DNA of 57,544 bases, the filler included, from Sphacelaria rigidula (Eukaryota): NCBI GenBank assembly GCA_964200075.2. It is 7 parts of 7 records of this genome, joined end to end, with 100 filler letters (N's around TTAATTAATTAA, not from the genome) between each part and the next. Parts side by side here need not be neighbours in the genome. Positions count along the whole stretch, not along the records: positions 49,411 to 57,544 come from CAXNAA020012176.1; 6 more parts are not named here. One strand, given 5' to 3'. The notes under the pieces were generated by a model that saw only the letters and a list, made by a program, of their open reading frames with translations, ran no database searches and had not been told where the DNA came from. Positions 50,465-57,544 of the stretch are shown in pieces; position 1 is the first letter of the stretch; every line of letters begins with the position of its first letter. Position numbers and translations under genes: made by a program.

Positions 50465-50545
50465 TAGCATTGCTCTCGGCGTGTTTACACCTTGTTTATG
50501 GATGCGGGTCTGATCGATCGACTGTGTGTGCGTTTGCCTCCATGC

Positions 50546-53450
50546 TGTAAGAGGTTGGTTTCAGTCCGCGGGAGAGAGGCTGGGATCCTGCTCTCCGATA
50601 TGATGAACACAGGTGGCTACTGGTGTGCCTCTGACCTCAAATTTGAACGTTAAAGACCTTTTGCAACGTCTGTAACGTCCAAATTTGAGATTGCAGGCAC
50701 CCCAGTGGCCACTCGTGCAGCTAAGGGTTAGTAAATGAACTAGCTAGAGCTGATCAAGTCCATGTGCCCACGATGAGAGGGGTTCACGTTGCTGTCTGGT
50801 TTAGAGTGACGTAAGTCTATGATGAATATTTGTTGGGCTCGCAGAAGCAGAAGCTGGCACACCAAGAGAGGGAATTCTGCAAACCTGATCAGTTTGCACT
50901 AAACAAGAGCAGCGTGAGGCATGTATGAAGGTCGACAGGGGCTGACAGAGCTAGGGAGGTTCTGAGGTCGCGCTAGGGCGGGCGCGGGTATCGCTCGTGC
51001 GCAAGGCGCAGGGTGAATCGACAGCTGGTGAGGCCGTAAGGGTGCAACAAACGCAGTGCAAATACTGCCTGCGGGGCTGATTCAATGCTGGCCAGCTGCG
51101 GTAAAGAAGAGGAGTCTAAAGAGTTGAAGCTGTGGTGACAACGCCGTGAGGGAGAGGCATAGTGGTCGTCGTTGCATGGAGTCACAGCGCGTCTTGGTGA
51201 TTGGGAAGCGGTGCTGTTCCTACCATTGCAAGGCAAGCTCGTTTTGTTTTTCGAAAACGCAGTGCGGATTGCTGCATTATTAACGGTTTATGATGTGCGC
51301 ATGCCATGGTGGCTTGGTGCTTGATGAGAAGCGTGGAGGTAACAACACTCAATTCGACAGTCCAGATTGACGGGGTGTAGCAGTATGTCGCAGTGGACGG
51401 TCTTGTTGCCTGTGCGCCGCAACAATATGACGTCATCAAGGGCCGTGTGGTCCTATTACGGTTTCGAAATATGCTAGTGTTTGATCGCACATTCCCCAAA
51501 TGAGAAATCTGCCGAAATGTTTCGCCGGTATGAGGGGACCATATTCGTGAGATACACGCGGTGAATGTGCGTAACGCAGGATCGAACGCGGTTTCTGACC
51601 ACATGCCCAAACATACTGGGATATGTTTGTGTGCCACGTTCTTCAATCATGTCCATGATGTTGGGCACGAGAAAATCATCCTTGTGTTGCGCAAGCATGG
51701 GGTATTATGCGTTCCCGGGTGTGGTGCACAGTGCTCGAACCGCAGATGGTGGCGGTCGGGGTGTTGGTTGTCCCCGAAAGCGCAGGCCGCGCTCGCCTCT
51801 GAACAAATGACGCGGGGCCGCTGCTGGCATTGCTGTTGGAGAGGGCGAACAAGTCGCACGAGAGCGCAGGAGGCAGTACAGCTGCCGCTGTTGCCGTCAA
51901 GGGGCGATGAAGTGAGTATGGGTGATACTGCTACTGCTGCTGTTACTGCCGTTGATATTAGAAGAGCGGAGTGTACATGGGCCAAAGAGCAAGCGCTGGA
52001 AAGCGAAGGTCCCAGTTACTCGTTGCCACCGGAACAGCGTGTAGAAAAAGATACAATTGCATGCTCGAAGCTGCAGGGGTGTGTCATCTGCGTAATGCGA
52101 GCGATCAAAGCGAACTTCGGACTCGCCGTACTCTGGCGAATCTATCTGCCTCAGTGATCTGGCGGGAGATCGTTTAGATGAATCAGAGGGTTGTCTGCTG
52201 AAAAAAAAGGTGGATGCCGGGTGAGAGGAGTTGCCACCGGAACAGCGTGTAGCTGAGGACACGTCTTTCATGCTCGAAGCGGAAGGGTGTGTTTTTTTCG
52301 CGTGATGCGAGCGAGCAAGCGAGCTTGAGGCTCGCCATGCTCACTGCAAATTTATCTGCGCCAGTGATACGGCGAGAGATCGTTTAGCATTTTCGCAGGG
52401 GTGTCTGAATAAAAAGAAAAGTGGATACCGGGTTGGTGGAGTTGCCACGGGAGCGGCGTGTAGCTGAAGACACGCTGGCGTGCTCGAAGCAACAGGGCCA
52501 TACTCTGTGAAGCAGGGATGAACGGCGAGCTTCAGGGTTGTGATGCTTTTGGCGGTGACAATTTCTACGACGACGTCGAGCGGTGCGTGGTGTTGAGGTG
52601 GTCGTGTGCATTGCTGTTTAAATGAACAGCCTTGAGGCGTTCGACGGCGTTGAGAGAGAAGTCTCTGTCGCCTTACCGTCAGGTGCTCGAGGAGGATGGT
52701 GAAACGCCATTGGGAGGTGTTGCTGCGCGGGACTGAGTGACTGTTCCCGTTTCACCTCTTGTACCCTCTGAAAAATCGACTGGTGAACTTGTTCTGTAAT
52801 GCTCAAGTATCAGTTGGGGTAGGCAGCGCCAAAAGGTAAATCCGCATCGCCAAACCAATTACTTCCGGCCAGCAATCAGGTCATTAGCCTCGGCGTTACA
52901 GGGCCTTCTGCTTATCAACAGCGTCATCATCTTTGGGCTCGCACCGTGGCACTTTGTACACGTCCCCTTCGTTCACGCCATCTATATAGGCCTCTATGGT
53001 GTCACCCCTATCCCCACTACCGAAATTGGTTTGGCGATGTGGATTTACCCTTTGGTGGCAAGCTGAGCGGCACCATGGCGGTCCAAGCTGTAGCTGAACT
53101 GATGGTGCGCGGATCGAGTGTTCGAGATGAAAGGCTGCTCCATGGTGTTCACAAGGTTGTAGTTCGAGTGCTGCTGTGTCTCAGGAACAAATTGGATGAC
53201 TAAGAGGAAGGCATTGTATGAGGTGTTTGATGTGGTGAGCGCCGAGTTAGCTTTTTGTTGAGGAGCAAGGAGTGGTGTGATCGAGTGCTTGTTGAGAATG
53301 AGGAACACATTGTGACTGATATCTCTGAATGGTTTATGGTGGTGTGGTTCCTGGTCATGTTTGTGTTGCTGTTTGCGCATGAAGCATGGCGGTTGAGCGA
53401 GTATGATCATATTGCGTGTGCTGGAAAAATGCTACGAAATAGGTAGGATC
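50546..53450. mobile_element. Rearranged Gypsy debris: LTR-like start plus gag start (+), then gag-middle region in opposite sense with ~210-bp tandem units
   Basis: 50750-51680 resembles 20370-21240; 51790-52790 resembles 18690-19740; units start near 52022, 52230 and 52441; inverted pair 52831-52860 / 53024-53052. A second LTR-like 5' end is at 54510-54660. Confidence 0.65.
50608..50718. mobile_element. 111-bp palindromic CAC...GTG MITE inserted in the LTR-like repeat
   Basis: About 50-bp inverted arms; the paralogous sequence at 54568-54578 (gaacagctaag) lacks it. Confidence 0.8.
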
Positions 53451-55319
53451 GTATGTAAGTAGGTATAACGCTAGTATCCCTAGTCACTGAATATTCAAAA
53501 TTGGTGTGCATCAGCATCGATTTTTTTCGGCCGTGGCACGTTTTTTCATGAGTGTCACGTGTGTCGACGAGTACTTCGATGGTTTTTCACTTCTGTTTGC
53601 AAGGGGCATGCGGATGGCGTGTCCTTGTGTTCGAAAAGAGCGGTGCAGGTGGGCTGCGGGAGTGTTGATTTATTCATTCGTACCGTATTTCTAAAAAACG
53701 ATCGATAGACGAAGGGTGTTTGACGGTCCAGAATCTTAGTATGATATATCTTGGAGTTTCTTGGAGTGTACTTGATAACTTGCGTTCAAACGAGATATCA
53801 CCATGTGTAAATGAGTGCTTTTGTCGGTGACAACCGCGTGCGAGCAACAACGGCTGCTTTCGTGAAAGGCACGCCCTGACTACCCCGCACCCCACTACTG
53901 TAGGATGGCTCAGGTGTTGAACTTACAAAAACTGCATTTTGTATCTTTGAAGGTACCTTGTCTCGGATGAGAGAGACGCTTAGTCACGAAGGCTTCGGAA
54001 CTTGACGTTCGCTAATCTTTGAGGTTGTTTGCCAATGTGAAGCCCAGAAACTTGTTTTGGACACGGCATTGTGCTTTTGTCGCTAGCTACTAGATCGCCT
54101 TGTGACTCGTGTTGGTACAAGAGGCGTGATCGCGAATTCACGATGAACGATATTTTTCAATCTCTTGCAAGTTGTTCGGAAATCGGACAGTATCGAATGA
54201 AGCTGTCACCGAAAACAGCGGCAGGGATTGCTTTTTCATGTAGGAACCGACGACGTTGCTATGCAACAACGACATCTGAGCTTGTCAAGCGCTTTTTCGA
54301 CTACTTGTCGGTTGTGGGTGAGCTTTGCAGGTGCTGTAGACTACTGCTACAATCACTACCTCCGTCAGGTACATGATATAGGTGGAACAGTGCGTAGTAG
54401 ACGTGTTCACAACTGGTTGAGAACCAACGCGCAGTAGCACAGCTCGTTGGTGAATCATGGGTTTGCGTGTCTCATCGGTCGACTCTGTGAGTGTCTCATT
54501 TCCATGTCATGTGAGGTCGGTTTTTACTCCGCGGGAGAGAGGCTGGGATCCTGCTGTCCGATATAATGAACAGCTAAGGGTCCACGAACGAATAGCGAGA
54601 GCTACTCAGGTCTATGGGCCATGATGGAATGGGTCCACATGGCTTTCTGCTCTTGACTGAAGTTTATTGCCCATCGTCAGGCATGTCACGAGAATATCGT
54701 TTCGCGGGTTAAACTATTATTGTCAAAGATGGATTGGAGCAGCCATAACCATATTGGTGAAGAATCGAATCTCCAACTATTCATCCTAGCTTTGCACAAT
54801 ATACGCCTCTGGAAGTTATGGATTTTGGATCCACAACATTTTGATGTGCCCCAACTGAATCCGGTGTTTACCGTGCGTGTTGTCCCGCCACTGCAAAATC
54901 GGCCAGTGGTTCGCATTTGTGGTCTGTTGCTGTGGCATTGATCTGGCGCTGGGTGAAATGCCGAGTGGAAACGTCAGCTTTCGGAAAATAGCCCATAAAA
55001 ACAGTAGAATGTTCATACTCGGATACCACTCTTGGAATATTGAGCATAAGTCAAGCGCAAGCAAGACAAACGATCGTGAGGAACCCAGTCCACAGGCGTC
55101 TCAGCGGAATGTGCCGCTTTCCGAGAAACATTTTAAGATATGAGGGCTGCGCACTTGCCAACGAAGCAGTTTCACCATGCTCGAATTCTTCAACCTCTAC
55201 AACTAAAAACGTCATTATCGCATGGTTAGCGCCCAGCTCATGAACCCGCGCCCTCCGCGCTTTCTTGACCCCTCACGCAAACCGGTCAAGTGCTGGTATC
55301 GTGCGCTCGAGGAACATAC

Positions 55320-55790
55320 CGGTCGTATCGCCATGGAACCACCGATCCTTGAAATTGAGGATGCAGCTTTTCATCCAAAATGATAATCCGAAATATTCAA
55401 GAAATGTTCGTACCTACATCAAATCCTCGAAATATGGTTCCATTCCTTCACCTATTGGTAGTTATGAACAACCGGAACACACCCTACAAATGTCGAACTC
55501 GACAACCAAAGTGTTGGAATCCCATGTGAAGAAACAGGTTTGAGGAAAATGGGTGGAGCGGATGGCCAAAATTTTCAACCTGTTTTGCACCTGGGATCCC
55601 AGCACTTCGGTCGTCGAAATCGAGATATGTATGGCGTGTCGCAGCTGTCAAAAGCCACCCGTAGTAAGCAATGAAGTCATATTTCAAAGACTTGGTGTGG
55701 ATACGAAGATTTCATTCTCCATGTTTTCATCCTCAATTGAAAGGTCCATCCTAAATTTCAATGATCGATTGTTCGAGGGGGAATACGTCT
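55320..55790. mobile_element. Old TIR element/MITE; a related end recurs at 57483-57544
   Basis: cgatccttgaaattgaggatg (55342) is inverted to catcctaaatttcaatgatcg (55747); 57483-57544 resembles the reverse complement of 55707-55770. Confidence 0.45.
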
Positions 55791-57544
55791 GGGGCGAGCA
55801 CGTGTCACGTTGCTACTCGCTACGTCAACCCCCCTCGTTACTCCCAAGATAACCTTCAGCCTGACACACAGCACGCGCCCACGGCGACAGAAAGATACCG
55901 ACAGTGAAACAATCTGACGGCTACAAAAGGGTAGGAGCGCAGTGTCCAATCTGCGTGCCTCATTGCTTGCCCTCCGCCGCTCCCCCTTCCGGCGGGAGGA
56001 GGCCGCCTTGCGAGCAAGGAGCTTGTGTGTCCACGCGTCCGTGAACAGGGATGCGCTCCCGAACATCCGCCTCCAACTCCTTGGATTGCACGCGGACCTC
56101 CACCGCTTGTAGGGTAGACTAGCTCGGTGTTTGTAAAGCTCCGTAGCTACCCTGTCCAGACGCTTCAACATCGTAAATTTGCACCAGGGGCCGACAAATA
56201 CATTTAGAGCGAATTAACGGTGAGCTGAGAAGGAAGATGGTGGGTCGAAAGAGGGTGTGATCGCGTGGAATATGTCGGAATACCGCATGACCGTTCTCGA
56301 TGTTGGTTTGTAACTCAGGCTTTGTAAGAAAGTCGGTTCCACCAGTCGAATACGTCGACAGCAACATATCCATTCTTTTCCGCCACTGACACCCCGATTC
56401 TTGTTCGGACAGACTTGCATTGTCCCCAATCCCCTCCCTCTCCCCTCCCCCCGCGAGCACACATTCTCCATGACTATCAGCCGAACACATGGGTTTCTGA
56501 CAACCCCCAATACAACGGAACAGTGTATCTCTGAAAGCATTGGTATGTAGCACAGGATATGTCAAGTTACAGATGGAGTTCTTTTTTTTTTGAGGATGAG
56601 TCGCGGAAACCTTCAAACGCATCGAAATATCTTTGAAACAAAAATACCAACGCATTCTCCGGCCGTGTTGTGCGACCTCGGTTATCCCCAAAATACAATC
56701 CATCCGCAAAAAATAATCCACTGTTCACCGGGAATTCAAATCTGACACAATCAGGGTCTACTCTATACAATACTGATAACAAGTTGGCAAGCTTGCTTGA
56801 GGTGGGTCGCTTTGCAGAGTATATGTCGTAGGGCTGTCACTCTCTCGACAAAACTCTTGGGCACTATGAAACTGTTTATTCAAACTGTTGATACCTTAGA
56901 CTCTTCGTACGCAACTCTTCGAATATTCCGGCAATATGCTGACGTTCTGCATACGGGCTATCCATTGTTCTACGATGAATAATCCACCTCTTCGGTTGTT
57001 ACTCTGGTCTTTGTTCAAACGATGAACAGTAACTGGTTGTTCCGCAAATCTCGAGTATGTATATGCGAGACTGTTATTTGTCAAATTCCAACACGCCCTT
57101 CGAAATGACATCTCGATCATGGATTATATAGAAAAAATACTCTTATTCTTATCCAAGGTATACACTGTACTCCACTTGTATTTTACTGTACTTCCCGTAC
57201 ATTACAGTCCGCTACTGTACCTTTATGTACTTCAGTGTACTTTTCTGTAGTCTACTCATATTCCTCTATAAACACCATATTCGTGAGATTCAGAGTGGAT
57301 GCTCTAGCGTTCCTTACAGGCAACCCTTTGTTTTTATTTTGCTTCAGCACACGTCCTGTGCATGCAGCTACCGTACAGTATCCCATTCGAGGAAGTTGGC
57401 GGTCTGGTTGGTGAGATACCGCACAAAGCACTTTTACTCCTGGGGGGGTACAATATTTCGGAACTGAAACTGTTTTAAACAGCCGATCATCTATGTTGAG
57501 GATGGTGCTTTTGATTGAGGATGAGAACCCGGAGGATTAAAATC

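Overview
Eukaryotic, repeat-rich nuclear DNA, most likely a brown alga (Phaeophyceae; inferred from ~50% GC, long GT-AG introns and the TE families, not proven). The window is not one locus. It is seven unrelated contigs of 8135 bp (last 8134 bp) joined by artificial N44-TTAATTAATTAA-N44 spacers. Contig 1 holds an intron-split, probably inactivated MULE/Mutator transposase with a SWIM finger. Contig 2 holds MITEs, SINE-like and simple repeats. Contig 3 holds decayed head-to-head Ty3/Gypsy pieces, a perfect 54-bp palindrome and the 3' half of a tyrosine-recombinase (DIRS/Ngaro-type) retrotransposon. Contig 4 holds a minus-strand tandem Tudor/Agenet gene, a MITE-interrupted pseudogene and a tRNA-derived SINE. 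Contig 5 holds the 5' part of PRP40 (ATG-only first exon), head-to-head with an unknown gene. Contig 6 holds a decayed chromodomain Gypsy element hit three times by one 249-bp GAC...GTC MITE with 4-bp TSDs, then an RTE-type LINE. Contig 7 holds Gypsy LTR/gag debris, MITEs and a possible decayed virus-type endonuclease. I found no convincing new multi-gene system. The most distinctive signal is the 249-bp MITE family, which I cannot assign to a superfamily.
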